DNA of 64,000 nucleotides from an uncultured Bacilli bacterium (lineage in GTDB: Bacteria; Bacillota_I; Bacilli_A; RF39; UBA660). The position numbers and the translations under genes were made by a program. This document shows, piece by piece, positions 49,748-60,671 of this stretch; positions within the stretch are counted from its first letter, which is position 1, and the number at the start of each line of letters is the position of its first letter. The notes beneath the pieces are model-generated. The model saw only the letters and a program-made list of their open reading frames with translations, searched no databases and was not told where the DNA came from. Location of the stretch: assembly GCA_934096015.1 (NCBI GenBank), contig CAKOLD010000001.1, positions 27,069-91,068 on the forward strand. The letters are read 5' to 3'.

Positions 49748-51097
49748 ATGGAAACTGATACGATATGTGCTGTGTCAACTGCATTAGGTGTAGGAGCAAT
49801 TTCAATAATAAGATGTAGTGGACAAGATAGTATAAAAATTGTCAACAAAATGTTTGATGGAAAAAATCTAGAAGAAGTACCTTCACACACAATTCATTAT
49901 GGATTCATAAAAGACGAAAATGGCGAAAAAATAGACGAAGTTCTAATTAGTGTAATGAAATCTCCAAAAACATTTACAACAGAAGATGTAGTAGAAATCA
50001 ATTGTCATGGAGGAATTAGTACAACAAATAAGGTCCTAGAGTTACTTTTAACAAATGGATGCCGTTTAGCAACAAGAGGAGAATTTACTAAAAGAGCATT
50101 TTTAAATGGAAGAATTGATTTGTTAGAAGCAGAAGCAATAGGGGACTTAATAAATTCAGAAACAGAATCATCTAGAAAAATGGCAATAAATCAAATTACT
50201 GGTAATTTATCATTATTAATAGAAAATGCCAGAAAAGACATATTAGATTTATTAGCAAACATAGCAGTAAATATTGATTATCCAGAATATGAAGATGCAG
50301 AAATAATAACTCATGATTTGCTAAAACAAAAGTTGATACCTATTAAGAAAAAATTAGAAAATTTATTAGAAGAATCTAAAAACGGAAAAATTATAAAAGA
50401 AGGTATAAATGTATCAATAATTGGAAGACCAAATGTTGGAAAAAGCAGCATTTTGAACCATCTTTTAAATGAAAATAAAGCAATTGTCACTAACGTTGCA
50501 GGAACTACAAGAGATATAGTTGAAGGTGAAATAATTTTAAAAGGAATCAAATTAAATTTAACAGACACAGCTGGTATTAGAAAAACAGATAACATAGTTG
50601 AGCAAATTGGGGTAGAAAAAAGTAAAGAAATATTAAAGAATACTGATTTAGTAATTTTAGTATTAAATAGTAGTGAAAATTTAACGGAAGAAGACGAATA
50701 TTTATTGAATTTAACAAAAAACAAAAAAAGAATAATTTTATTAAATAAAACCGATTTACCAACAAAACTAGAAATAAAAGAGGAATATATTTTAGGTAAT
50801 ACAACTTCACCCAATGGATTAGATTTACTAAAAAATAAAATTTGTGAAATGTTTAATTTAGAGGAAATTAATTCTAAAAATTTAACTTTTTTATCAAACG
50901 CCAGACAGATTTCTCTTGTCAAACAATGCGTAAATTTAATCGATAATATATTAATCACAATTGATACAGAAATTCCAATTGATATGTTGGAAATTGATAT
51001 TAAATCAACTTTTGATTTACTTGGAGAAATTATTGGAAAAACATACAAGGAAGAACTAATTGATGAATTATTTTCAAAATATTGTTTAGGAAAGTGA
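49748..51097 (+). CDS. mnmE: tRNA modification GTPase MnmE
   Basis: [23 protein letters not shown]-domain [16 protein letters not shown]-terminal CxGK. Confidence 0.9.
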   Translation: METDTICAVSTALGVGAISIIRCSGQDSIKIVNKMFDGKNLEEVPSHTIHYGFIKDENGEKIDEVLISVMKSPKTFTTEDVVEINCHGGISTTNKVLELLLTNGCRLATRGEFTKRAFLNGRIDLLEAEAIGDLINSETESSRKMAINQITGNLSLLIENARKDILDLLANIAVNIDYPEYEDAEIITHDLLKQKLIPIKKKLENLLEESKNGKIIKEGINVSIIGRPNVGKSSILNHLLNENKAIVTNVAGTTRDIVEGEIILKGIKLNLTDTAGIRKTDNIVEQIGVEKSKEILKNTDLVILVLNSSENLTEEDEYLLNLTKNKKRIILLNKTDLPTKLEIKEEYILGNTTSPNGLDLLKNKICEMFNLEEINSKNLTFLSNARQISLVKQCVNLIDNILITIDTEIPIDMLEIDIKSTFDLLGEIIGKTYKEELIDELFSKYCLGK

Positions 51098-51105
51098 GGA
51101 TAAAC

Positions 51106-52968
51106 ATGAAATATGATGTAATAGTAGTAGGAGGCGGACATGCTGGATGCGAAGCAGCACATGCCACTAGTAAAATGGGATTAAAAACCGCTTTAATAAC
51201 TGCAAATAAAAAAAATATAGCTGATATGCCATGTAATCCTTCAATAGGGGGTACTGCAAAAGGTATAGTTGTTCGAGAAATTGACGCACTTGGCGGTTTA
51301 ATGGGAAAAATAGCTGACAGAAGCCATATTCAAATAAAAATGTTAAATAACAGTAAAGGACCAGCAGTAAGATCATTAAGAGCCCAAGCAGATAAAATTA
51401 CTTATCCAAAATTAATGTTTGAAGCTTTAGAACAAACAAAGAATTTAGATATTATAGAATCTATGGTAGAAAATTTAATTATAGAAAATGGAAAAATAGT
51501 TGGAATAAAAACGGAGAATAATATTGAATATTTGTGCAAATCTTTAATTTTAACAACAGGGACTTATTTACGCAGTAAAATACTAATAGGAGATTATTCT
51601 AAAGAAGAAGGGCCCCATGGTGAAAGAAGAAGTAATAATTTAAGTAATAATTTAAAAGAGTTAGGTTTTGAAATTCAAAGACTAAAAACTGGTACTCCGC
51701 AAAGACTTGATAAAAATAGTATTAATTTTAAACTATTAAAAGAAGAAAAAGGAGACTCTCAATACTGGACCTATAGTTTTGATGATAAACCAACATATGA
51801 TATAGATAAACAAGAAAGCTGTTATTTAGTTTACACTAATGAAAAAACTCATAAAATAATTAATGAAAATTTATCTAGATCAGCTATGTACGGTGGTTAT
51901 GCTGAAGGAATAGGCCCTCGATATTGTCCTTCAATAGAAGATAAAATAGTAAGATTTAAAGACAAAGAAAGACATCAACTTTTTTTAGAACCTGAGAGTA
52001 GATACTATGATGACATATACCTTCAAGGTTTTTCAACAAGTATGCCAATAGACGTTCAAGAACAAATGGTTCATAGTATAAAAGGTTTAGAATCAGCAAA
52101 AATATTAAAATATGCCTATGCAATTGAGTATGATGCCATTAATCCCCTTCAATTAAAACCTACACTTGAAACAAAAATAATAGATGGCCTTTTTACCGCT
52201 GGGCAAATAAATGGTACAAGTGGATATGAAGAAGCTGCTGGACAAGGATTAATAGCGGGAATTAATGCCGGTTTAAAACTATTAAACAAAAAGCAATTAG
52301 TATTAAAGAGAAATGAATCATATATAGGAGTCTTAATAGATGATTTAGTAACCAAAGGAACGAAGGAACCTTATAGATTACTTACATCTCGCGCAGAATT
52401 TAGATTAGTTTTACGTCACGATAATGCCGATTTAAGATTAAGAAAATATGGTTACTACGCTGGATTAATTGATGAAAATCAAATGAAACGTTTAACTGAA
52501 AAAGAAAGTAATATAGAAAAAATTATTTCAGAATTAAAACAAACAAGAATTAAGCCAAGTAATGTTCCAGAATTAATAAAATCAAAAATAGAACCTTTAA
52601 AAGTAGGTACAAGTTTATTTGATTTTTTAAAAAGACCAGAAATAAAAATAATTGATTTTGTTTCCACAAATCTAATAAAACCATATGATGAAGAAATCCT
52701 AGAACAAGCTGAAATAATAGATAAATATGAAGGTTATATTGATAAAACTTATAAAGAAATAGACAAAATGTTAAAGTTGGAAGAAAAACAGATACCTGAT
52801 GATATAGATTATACAAAGATTACTAACTTGGCAAGTGAAGCAAAACAAAAATTACAAGCTGTCAGGCCTATAACAATAGCCCAAGCAACAAGAATTAGTG
52901 GAGTTAATCCATCAGATATATCAATATTAGCAATCTATTTAAAAAAGGAATATGGAAAGAATGAATAA
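51106..52968 (+). CDS. mnmG: tRNA uridine 5-carboxymethylaminomethyl modification enzyme MnmG (GidA)
   Basis: [18 protein letters not shown] is the FAD-binding motif. Start is taken at the ATG at 51106 after a GTGAGGA RBS. The track ORF starts upstream. Confidence 0.95.
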   Translation: MKYDVIVVGGGHAGCEAAHATSKMGLKTALITANKKNIADMPCNPSIGGTAKGIVVREIDALGGLMGKIADRSHIQIKMLNNSKGPAVRSLRAQADKITYPKLMFEALEQTKNLDIIESMVENLIIENGKIVGIKTENNIEYLCKSLILTTGTYLRSKILIGDYSKEEGPHGERRSNNLSNNLKELGFEIQRLKTGTPQRLDKNSINFKLLKEEKGDSQYWTYSFDDKPTYDIDKQESCYLVYTNEKTHKIINENLSRSAMYGGYAEGIGPRYCPSIEDKIVRFKDKERHQLFLEPESRYYDDIYLQGFSTSMPIDVQEQMVHSIKGLESAKILKYAYAIEYDAINPLQLKPTLETKIIDGLFTAGQINGTSGYEEAAGQGLIAGINAGLKLLNKKQLVLKRNESYIGVLIDDLVTKGTKEPYRLLTSRAEFRLVLRHDNADLRLRKYGYYAGLIDENQMKRLTEKESNIEKIISELKQTRIKPSNVPELIKSKIEPLKVGTSLFDFLKRPEIKIIDFVSTNLIKPYDEEILEQAEIIDKYEGYIDKTYKEIDKMLKLEEKQIPDDIDYTKITNLASEAKQKLQAVRPITIAQATRISGVNPSDISILAIYLKKEYGKNE

Positions 52969-53665
52969 AGATGAATTTTTAAAAGAATTAAATAAAAAGA
53001 ATATAAATTTGAAAGAAAATCAAATTAATCAATTTGAAGTATTCTGTAAAGAATTATTAAATTACAATCAACATACAAATTTAACTGCAATTACTGAAAC
53101 TTCTGAAGTTTATTTAAAACACTTCTTTGATTCATCATTATTAGCGACTTCTATTAACTTTAATGAAATATCCACAATGTTAGATATTGGTTGTGGAGCA
53201 GGATTTCCTGGTATTGTAATAAAAATATTATATCCTCATTTAAAACTTACACTTTTAGATTCCAATAATAAAAAAACAAAATTTTGTCAATATATAGTAA
53301 ATAAATTAAATTTAAAAGATGTAGAAATAATAAATGAAAGAGCTGAGATATACATTGATAAAAAAAGAGAATATTATGATTTAGTAACAGCACGTGCTGT
53401 AAAAGATCTCCAAATATTAACAGAATTATCTATTCCATATGTTAAAATAAATGGCTTTTTTATAGCGATGAAATCGGATTGTAAAATAGAATTAGAAAAC
53501 AGCTTAAGAGGAATAACATTACTAGGTGGAAAATATATAGAAACAAAAAAAATAGAAAACTATATTAATTTAGGACAAAGAGAATTTATAATTATCAAAA
53601 AAATTAATAAAACCTCAATTAAGTATCCAAGAAATTATAGTAAAATAGTAAAACAACCATTGTAA
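52952..53665 (+). CDS. rsmG: 16S rRNA (guanine527-N7)-methyltransferase RsmG (GidB)
   Basis: [13 protein letters not shown] is the SAM motif. Position after mnmG. Confidence 0.85.
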   Translation: MERMNKDEFLKELNKKNINLKENQINQFEVFCKELLNYNQHTNLTAITETSEVYLKHFFDSSLLATSINFNEISTMLDIGCGAGFPGIVIKILYPHLKLTLLDSNNKKTKFCQYIVNKLNLKDVEIINERAEIYIDKKREYYDLVTARAVKDLQILTELSIPYVKINGFFIAMKSDCKIELENSLRGITLLGGKYIETKKIENYINLGQREFIIIKKINKTSIKYPRNYSKIVKQPL

Positions 53666-53736
53666 TATTCTTTTAATCTTGAAAAAATCTTTAAAATAAA
53701 GTAATATTAATATAGAATAGAAAAGGGGCAGTAGAA

Positions 53737-54762
53737 ATGAAAGTTGAACCTCAAATACAATTTATAAATGTAATGGACATTATTCCAAATAGATTTCAAC
53801 CAAGACTAACTTTTGACGAAAAGGCACTTCAAGAATTAGCATCTTCAATAAAAGAACATGGTATAATTCAACCACTTGTTTTAAGAAGATTAGGCGATAA
53901 ATATGAGATAATTGCTGGAGAAAGAAGATATAAAGCATCCCAAATAGCTGGATTAAACCAAGTCCCTGCAATAATTACTCAAATGGATGATAACAAAAGT
54001 GCAGAAGTTGCCATAGTTGAAAATTTACAAAGAAAAAATTTATCAGCAATAGAAGAAGCTAAATCTTATAAAAAATTATTAGATAGAGGTTATCTAACTC
54101 AAGAAGAGTTAGCAAAAAAGATGGGAATATCTCAATCAGCTATTGCTAATAAAGTTAGATTATTGAATTTAACCAACGAAGTTCAAAATGCATTAATAGA
54201 AGAAAAAATAAGTGAAAGACATGCCAGAAGTTTACTTCAAATAAGTGATCCAGAAAAACAAAAAGAAATGCTAAACAAAATAATAAATGGTAGATGGACA
54301 GTAAGACAATTAGATGAAGAAATTAAAAAGATAAAACCAGTTGTTGAAAAACAACTACCTCCAGAGCCAGCTTTTGTACCATTAAAAGAAGAAAAATCTA
54401 ATAATATATCTACATTGATCCAAGAAGATGATGATATGAAAGAATTGGCAAGACAGATAGAAGCCTTAAATAAATCAATAGGAATAACGTCAGATACTAA
54501 CTATGAAACATTCAATATTCCAACGGCTGAAGAATTAAATAAACCAGCTACTGAAATACCAACACTTCCTAAAAAAGAACCAATAATCGCACCATCACCA
54601 GAGCCAGTAAAGCCAAAGAAAATAGAAGTTGGAAATATAGAAAGTGCAGTTAAATCAATAAGAGAAATAGCAAAAGAAATAGAAGAAGCAAAATTTAAAA
54701 TTGAAACTGAAGAATTTGATTTTGAAGATCTTTATCAAATAATAATTAAAATTGAAAAATAG
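53737..54762 (+). CDS. parB: ParB/Spo0J/Noc-family DNA-binding protein with an atypical proline-rich C-terminal extension
   Basis: ParB-box IIAGERRYKAS. HTH LTQEELAKKMGISQSAIANKVRLL. The C-terminal 140 aa (KPVVEKQLPPEPAFVPL...EPIIAPSPEPVKPKK) is unlike the canonical Spo0J dimerisation domain. No ParA/Soj gene is adjacent. Confidence 0.75.
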   Translation: MKVEPQIQFINVMDIIPNRFQPRLTFDEKALQELASSIKEHGIIQPLVLRRLGDKYEIIAGERRYKASQIAGLNQVPAIITQMDDNKSAEVAIVENLQRKNLSAIEEAKSYKKLLDRGYLTQEELAKKMGISQSAIANKVRLLNLTNEVQNALIEEKISERHARSLLQISDPEKQKEMLNKIINGRWTVRQLDEEIKKIKPVVEKQLPPEPAFVPLKEEKSNNISTLIQEDDDMKELARQIEALNKSIGITSDTNYETFNIPTAEELNKPATEIPTLPKKEPIIAPSPEPVKPKKIEVGNIESAVKSIREIAKEIEEAKFKIETEEFDFEDLYQIIIKIEK

Positions 54763-54781
54763 ACTAATTATTAGTCTATTT

Positions 54782-56716
54782 TTATTGTGGTTCTGTTCCT
54801 TTAAGAAAATAGAAAACTGCACTTTTATTTCCGTCATTTGCTTGTTCACCGGTCACGGAATCTAAAATAGTGCTAACAACATTTTGTGGAATCTCGTACC
54901 AATCTTCATCACTAGTAATATTTTTATTTGCTAAATAATTTTCCATAGTATCAACCCAAATATTTTTTGTGATTTTAGAATATTTACTATTTAAGTTTTC
55001 ATTATTATCATTTCCAGTCCAAACCAAAGTTAAGGCTTTTTTATTATACCCAACCGTCCAATAGTCATTATCAGTTGTTCCAGTTTTAATCGCATATTTG
55101 TGAGTGATTTTTGGAGAAATTGATAAAACAGTAGGAGCATTGTAACTTATAAAAGACCTGTTATACGTATTAGTCATCATTTCATTTAATATATAAACAT
55201 AATTAGTATTTAATATAATTTCCTTCTCATTCTTTTTTTCATATATTACATTTCCATTAGAATTTTCTATTTTACGAATTAAATAAAGATCTTTTTTTTC
55301 TCCTCCACTAGCTAAAGTAGTATAAGCTTCAGCATAATCAAACATATTTAATTCTGTAGCTCCCAATGCTAAACTTGGAACCGCACTTACTTTTTCATTT
55401 AAACCACATTGCTTTAATGTGTTTACTAGAGTTTCTTCTCCTAAAAACAAATGAGTTTTAACTGCATAAATATTATCTGAATAAGCAAGAGCAGCAGCCA
55501 TTGTAATATCACTATTGGCATAACTATTTGCAAAATTTGTTGGAGAGTACGTTTTATTATCGGAAAAAACAAAAGTAGTTTCTTCACTTTTAAAAGTACT
55601 AGCAGAAGTCATGTTTTGTTCCAATGCTGAATAATATAAAAAAGGTTTAATAGTGGAACCAACCTGTCTTTTACTTGATGTAACTCTGTTATATTGACTG
55701 ATAGAATAATCTCTACCGCCAGCTAAGGCAATAACTTTTCCACTTTCGGGTTCTATCATTATACTTGCAACTTGTGTGTCATCATCCAACATATTATTGT
55801 CAATAGCATTTTCTAAATTAGTTTGAGCTTCTAAATCCAAGTTAGTATATATTTTTAATCCTCCAGAATCTATTAAAGATTTAGAAATAGTTTTAATATC
55901 ATTTAATTCTTTCATAACAGCATCTTGATAATATAATAAAGTTTTTAAATTATTGGAATCTCTTTTACCATAAATTTCTAATTTATTAGTAAATAAACTT
56001 TTAACTTCATTTTCTTGTAACATATCGTTATTAACCATGCTTGCGGCTACAATTTTTGCTCGCTTTACTGCATTATCATAGTTTGTTACTGGATTAAAAT
56101 TACTAGGATTTTTTGGAATTCCAGCCAACATTATTGCTTCTTCTAAACTTAAATCTTTAGCGTGTTTATTAAAGTAAAAATTACTTGCGGATTCAATTCC
56201 ATAATTTCCTTGACCAAAGTTAATAGTATTTAAATAACCTTCCAATATCTCATCTTTTGTATAATGCATTTCTAATTCTAAAGTTAAAAATGCCTCTTCA
56301 ATTTTTCTATTCCAATTTTGATCAAAATCTAAAAATAAATTTTTAACATATTGTTGACTAATCGTAGAAGCACCTTGAACAATAGATTTATTTTTTATAT
56401 TTAAAGCCATCGCTTTTACAATTCTCAAATAATCAAACCCTAAATGTTTATAAAAATATTTATCTTCAGTAGCAATAACAGCATTTTTTACATCATCACT
56501 AATTTCATCCAAATTAACCCATTTATTTGAACTAGATCCTTGATAAACAATACTATCATTATTATCAAGGATTTGTATAGCGTTTCCACTTTTAATATTA
56601 ATAGAAGGTGTAAAATATGCATAAATATATAAACTAGACATAATTACTATTCCAATTATAAATAACCACAAACAAATTTTAATAAAAGTTTTAAAAAATT
56701 TCAAAGATATCACCAA
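54782..56716 (-). CDS. class A penicillin-binding protein (bifunctional glycosyltransferase/transpeptidase)
   Basis: N-terminal TM. GT51 motifs ATEDKYFYKHLGFD and QGASTISQQ. Transpeptidase region with SxxK context (VGSTIKP) and KTGTT. Confidence 0.85.
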   Translation of the reverse strand: MVISLKFFKTFIKICLWLFIIGIVIMSSLYIYAYFTPSINIKSGNAIQILDNNDSIVYQGSSSNKWVNLDEISDDVKNAVIATEDKYFYKHLGFDYLRIVKAMALNIKNKSIVQGASTISQQYVKNLFLDFDQNWNRKIEEAFLTLELEMHYTKDEILEGYLNTINFGQGNYGIESASNFYFNKHAKDLSLEEAIMLAGIPKNPSNFNPVTNYDNAVKRAKIVAASMVNNDMLQENEVKSLFTNKLEIYGKRDSNNLKTLLYYQDAVMKELNDIKTISKSLIDSGGLKIYTNLDLEAQTNLENAIDNNMLDDDTQVASIMIEPESGKVIALAGGRDYSISQYNRVTSSKRQVGSTIKPFLYYSALEQNMTSASTFKSEETTFVFSDNKTYSPTNFANSYANSDITMAAALAYSDNIYAVKTHLFLGEETLVNTLKQCGLNEKVSAVPSLALGATELNMFDYAEAYTTLASGGEKKDLYLIRKIENSNGNVIYEKKNEKEIILNTNYVYILNEMMTNTYNRSFISYNAPTVLSISPKITHKYAIKTGTTDNDYWTVGYNKKALTLVWTGNDNNENLNSKYSKITKNIWVDTMENYLANKNITSDEDWYEIPQNVVSTILDSVTGEQANDGNKSAVFYFLKGTEPQ

Positions 56717-56723
56717 AATTATT

Positions 56724-57137
56724 ATGTATAAAAAAAATATAATTATAAGTGAAAAACAAAAGAAGTTATGTTATTATATCTCTGGTGATTGTATGTCTAA
56801 AATAGATTTAATTGTTTACAACAATGAAAAAAAAGAACTTCAAATATTACAAAAGGAATATAAAGTATTAGCAAATAATATATATTTTGAACACGAAAAC
56901 ACAAAATATCATTATAATAAAGAAAAACAAAAATTAAAATATAGAACTTTAAATGAACAAATAATATTAGATTTTAAAAATAAACAGTGTAAAATCACTT
57001 TACTTAATCCAAGTAATGAATTAGTAGTAAATTTAGAAAATGTAAACATTAATATTAAAGATAATGTACACACTATAGAATACCAAAATGAATATGAAGA
57101 AAATACTAAAAGAAAAATAAAAATTACTTTATATTGA
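56724..57137 (+). CDS. hypothetical protein
   Basis: 137 aa ORF, Lys/Asn-rich, no recognisable family. Confidence 0.3.
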   Translation: MYKKNIIISEKQKKLCYYISGDCMSKIDLIVYNNEKKELQILQKEYKVLANNIYFEHENTKYHYNKEKQKLKYRTLNEQIILDFKNKQCKITLLNPSNELVVNLENVNINIKDNVHTIEYQNEYEENTKRKIKITLY

Positions 57138-57235
57138 CAAACTAAAAACATATGATAAAATTATACTTGTTTAAAAAGTGTGTATCATACCAAATATGAG
57201 ATTCATATAATGTTTTAGATATTTAGGAGGATATT

Positions 57236-57664
57236 ATGAAATTAGATATAGATAAAGAAAAATTAGAACAAATGTCATATGATGACGTTGCCTATTTAAT
57301 ATTAAAAAACAAGAAAGATAAAATGAAAATTCAAGACTTGTTTAAAACAGTTATAGAAGTTATGGAACTTCCTCAATCAAATTTTGAAAACCATATAGGT
57401 GATTTTTTTGAGATGCTTTCAACAGACCAAAGATTTTTAATGTTAGAACAAGGTTATTGGGATTTAAAAGAAAATCATAAAACAAAACTAGTTATCGACG
57501 AAGATGAAGATTTAGAAGAAGAAGTAAAAGAAGAAATAGAGGAAGCTGAAATCGAAGAAGATATAAACTATGATGATGAATTAGTAGACGACGATGATGC
57601 AGAAGATGATTTAAAAGATTTGGTAGTCATAGATGATGATACAGAAGAAACAGATAATATGTAG
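57236..57664 (+). CDS. rpoE: DNA-directed RNA polymerase delta subunit
   Basis: N-terminal HARE-HTH-like domain followed by a long, highly acidic Asp/Glu C-terminal tail (EDEDLEEEVKEEIEEAEIEEDINYDDELVDDDDAEDD). This matches Firmicute RpoE architecture. Confidence 0.7.
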   Translation: MKLDIDKEKLEQMSYDDVAYLILKNKKDKMKIQDLFKTVIEVMELPQSNFENHIGDFFEMLSTDQRFLMLEQGYWDLKENHKTKLVIDEDEDLEEEVKEEIEEAEIEEDINYDDELVDDDDAEDDLKDLVVIDDDTEETDNM

Positions 57665-57692
57665 CATCTGTTTTTTTAAATAAGGAGGAACT

Positions 57693-58748
57693 ATGAGAGA
57701 AAGGTTAGAAATTATTGAAAATCGTTTTAAAGAACTGAATGAAGAATTAATGGATCCAGAGGTTTTAAATAATTATCAAAAAATGAAAAAATTATCTAAA
57801 GAACGCAGTGATTTAGAAGAAATTATAAAGGAATACAACGAATTAAAAAAATTAGATCAAGATATAAAAGAATTAAAAGAAATGCAAAATGATCCAGAAA
57901 TGGCAGATATGGTAGGAGAAGAATTAGCATCCTCTCTCGAAAAACAAAAAGATTTAGAAAAATCATTAGAAATTTTATTAATTCCAAAAGATGAAAATGA
58001 TGGTAAAAATATAATAATGGAAATAAGAGGAGCTGCTGGCGGAGATGAAGCAAACATTTTTGCTGGAGACTTATTTAGAATGTATTCAAAGTATGCAGAA
58101 AGAAATAATTGGAAAATTGAAATTACAAATTCTGTAGAAGGATCTAGTGGAGGATATTCACAAATCGAATTTTCTATCAAAGGTGATAACGTTTACTCTA
58201 AATTAAAATTTGAAAGTGGTTCTCATAGAGTTCAACGTGTACCAGAAACAGAAACTCAAGGAAGAATCCACACATCAACAGCAACAGTGTTAGTTATGCC
58301 AGAAGCAGAAGATATAGATTTTGAACTTGATATGAGTGAGATCAGAATAGACATTACAAGAAGTAGTGGATGTGGAGGTCAAGGAGTAAATACAACGGAC
58401 TCAGCTGTAAGATTAACTCATATACCAACAGGAATCATAGTATATTCTCAAACAGAACGTAGTCAAATAAAAAATAAAGAAAAAGCAATTCAGATTATGA
58501 AAACAAGACTTTATAATAAAAAATTAGAGGAGCAACAAGAAAAGGAAGGCGCAGAAAGAAAAATTAAAATAGGAACAGGCGATCGTTCTGAAAAAATTAG
58601 AACATATAATTATCCTCAAAATCGTGTTACGGACCATCGAATAAATTTTAGCGTGATGGAACTTGATAGAGTAATGGAAGGACATTTAGAAGCTATAATA
58701 GAAGCCTTAATAACAGAAGATCAAAGGATTAAATTAGAAGGAAAATAA
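57693..58748 (+). CDS. prfA: peptide chain release factor 1
   Basis: GGQ motif SGCGGQGVNTTDSAVRLTHIPTGI. AGGAGG RBS. Confidence 0.95.
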   Translation: MRERLEIIENRFKELNEELMDPEVLNNYQKMKKLSKERSDLEEIIKEYNELKKLDQDIKELKEMQNDPEMADMVGEELASSLEKQKDLEKSLEILLIPKDENDGKNIIMEIRGAAGGDEANIFAGDLFRMYSKYAERNNWKIEITNSVEGSSGGYSQIEFSIKGDNVYSKLKFESGSHRVQRVPETETQGRIHTSTATVLVMPEAEDIDFELDMSEIRIDITRSSGCGGQGVNTTDSAVRLTHIPTGIIVYSQTERSQIKNKEKAIQIMKTRLYNKKLEEQQEKEGAERKIKIGTGDRSEKIRTYNYPQNRVTDHRINFSVMELDRVMEGHLEAIIEALITEDQRIKLEGK

Positions 58749-59458
58749 TGGATGCTACTGAAAAAGTAATAATAGAAAAATATGGAGAAAAAGCTTTAGA
58801 AAAATATAAAAAGAAAAATTATCCACTTCAATACGTTTTAGGAAATGTAAACTTTTATGGATATGATTTCTTAGTGAATAAAAATGTTTTAATACCAAGA
58901 TTTGAAACAGAATTATTAATAGAAAAAACAATAAATTATTTAAAAAAATATAACATATTAAATCCAAATATCTTAGAAGTTGGAACAGGATCAGGTTGTA
59001 TAGCAATTACACTAAAAAAATATTTTCCAACATCCACCATTGATGCCATAGATATCAGTAAAAAAGCTCTAAAAGTAGCAACCAAAAATGCTGATCTTAA
59101 TAACGTAAATATAAATTTTTATAAAAAAGACATAAATAAATTTTCTAATAATCAAAAATATGATCTGATAATTAGTAATCCCCCATATTTAAAAAAAAGT
59201 GATGAAGTTTCTAAAAATACTAAATATGAACCAAAAAAAGCCCTATACGCTAAAGATAAAGGATTACAATTTTATAAAATAATAATAAATAAACTTAAAC
59301 ATAATTTAAATAATAAATTTATAATTGCTTTTGAAATAGGAATTGATCAAGGAGAATATCTTAAAGAATATGCCAAAAATCAGTTTCCATATTCTACAAT
59401 CTTAGTTGAAAAAGACTATTCAAATAGAGATAGATATCTTTTCATTATAAATGAATAA
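58748..59458 (+). CDS. prmC: release factor glutamine methyltransferase PrmC (HemK)
   Basis: VGTGSGCIAI and NPPYL motifs. Start is coupled to the prfA stop (TAATG). Confidence 0.85.
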   Translation: MDATEKVIIEKYGEKALEKYKKKNYPLQYVLGNVNFYGYDFLVNKNVLIPRFETELLIEKTINYLKKYNILNPNILEVGTGSGCIAITLKKYFPTSTIDAIDISKKALKVATKNADLNNVNINFYKKDINKFSNNQKYDLIISNPPYLKKSDEVSKNTKYEPKKALYAKDKGLQFYKIIINKLKHNLNNKFIIAFEIGIDQGEYLKEYAKNQFPYSTILVEKDYSNRDRYLFIINE

Positions 59459-59506
59459 AATTTTTAAATACTACCCAATATTAATTTAGAAAGGTAGTGT
59501 TTTTTT

Positions 59507-60028
59507 ATAAAAAAAATAATAATAATTACTTCCATAATAATATCATTTTTAGTAATCACAAAAAAAGAAACTGAAATTAAAATACCAATAGAATCAATAA
59601 GAATCAGGATAATAGCCAATAGTAATAGTGTTGACGATCAAAATATAAAATTAAAAGTCAAAAATAGCATAGAAAAATATTTATATTCATTAACACAAAA
59701 TAGCAATTCATTAGAAGAAACAAGAGAAATTATAAAAAGTAATATAAATAATATAGATGAATTAACAAGAAAAACTTTAAAAGAAAATAATTTTAAAACA
59801 AATTACACAATAAAATATGGATTAAATTATTTTCCCAAAAAGGAATATAAAGGAGTTAATTATTCTGAAGGAAATTATGAATCACTAGTAATAATTCTTG
59901 GAGAAGGAAATGGAGAAAATTGGTGGTGTGTTTTATTTCCTCCACTTTGTATGATAGATGCAGAAGAAAATCAAAGTGAAGTTGAATATAAATTTATTGT
60001 TGAAAAAATAATTAAGCATTTTATGTGA
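59507..60028 (+). CDS. spoIIR: stage II sporulation protein R homolog (SpoIIR), with no canonical start codon in frame
   Basis: The open frame from 59498 encodes signal-like KKIIIITSIIISFLVIT, then SIRIRIIANSNSVDDQNIKLK and ...NYESLVIILGEGNGENWWCVLFPPLC. These match the SpoIIR signatures AIRLRILANSDS...DQ and GANWWCVLFPPLC. No in-frame ATG/GTG/TTG follows the TAG at 59495-59497. The start at ATA 59507 is a guess. Confidence 0.55.
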   Translation: MKKIIIITSIIISFLVITKKETEIKIPIESIRIRIIANSNSVDDQNIKLKVKNSIEKYLYSLTQNSNSLEETREIIKSNINNIDELTRKTLKENNFKTNYTIKYGLNYFPKKEYKGVNYSEGNYESLVIILGEGNGENWWCVLFPPLCMIDAEENQSEVEYKFIVEKIIKHFM

Positions 60029-60059
60029 AAATCATAATAGAATTAAATAGGAGGAATAC

Positions 60060-60599
60060 ATGAAAGAATTTTTTCTTCTATTTTTAATTGCTATTGGATT
60101 AAGCATGGATGCTTTTTCTCTTTCTTTAGGATTTGGTACCTTAAATATGAATAGCAAACAAATCATAAGAGCAAGCATCTCAGTAGGAATTTTTCATTTT
60201 TTAATGCCGCTAATTGGATTAAGTATTGGGAGTTATTTAATAGAAATCTTAAAATTAAATTCCAATTTTATAATGGGTATCATTTTATTATTCATATCTT
60301 TAGAAATGTTAATTGAACTTTTTCAAAAAAAAGAATCAAAATTAACCAAATCTTTTATGGGAGTAATTCTTTTTTCTTTTAGTGTTAGTTTAGATGCTTT
60401 TTCTATAGGAATAGGATTAGAAGCAATAACTAACAATTATATTTTATCTTCATTTATATTTTCTATCGTTAGTTTTTCTTTCACGTTCCTAGGTTTACTG
60501 CTAGGAAAATATTCCATAAAATATCTTGGAAAATATGCTCAAATTATTGGAATAATTCTCTTATTTGCAATAGCCATTGTAAATTTATGTCAAATTTAA
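60060..60599 (+). CDS. MntP/YtaF-family membrane protein (DUF204 repeats; putative Mn2+ efflux or sporulation membrane protein)
   Basis: Two DUF204 repeats carry the SMDAFS/SLDAFS motif (GLSMDAFSLSLG and SVSLDAFSIGIG). About 6 TM helices. Confidence 0.65.
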   Translation: MKEFFLLFLIAIGLSMDAFSLSLGFGTLNMNSKQIIRASISVGIFHFLMPLIGLSIGSYLIEILKLNSNFIMGIILLFISLEMLIELFQKKESKLTKSFMGVILFSFSVSLDAFSIGIGLEAITNNYILSSFIFSIVSFSFTFLGLLLGKYSIKYLGKYAQIIGIILLFAIAIVNLCQI

Positions 60600-60671
60600 A
60601 CATGTTTAATACTATTTTTTAATTATTTATTTTATAATAAAATCAAATAAAACCTTGAAAGGAGGCATTTG

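Noticed and set aside
50311-51162. 283-aa minus-strand ORF antisense to mnmE, plus many 60-110-aa ORFs antisense to or inside rnr, typA, femX, GT2, tatD, metG, pth, yaaT, dnaX, gyrA, dnaA, rnpA, jag, mnmG, parB, prfA, prmC and murA
   Set aside because: Each lies entirely within a strongly supported conserved gene on the opposite strand or in another frame. Their compositions are Phe/Leu/Ile/Ser-rich, typical of AT-rich antisense frames. No RBS or homology supports them.
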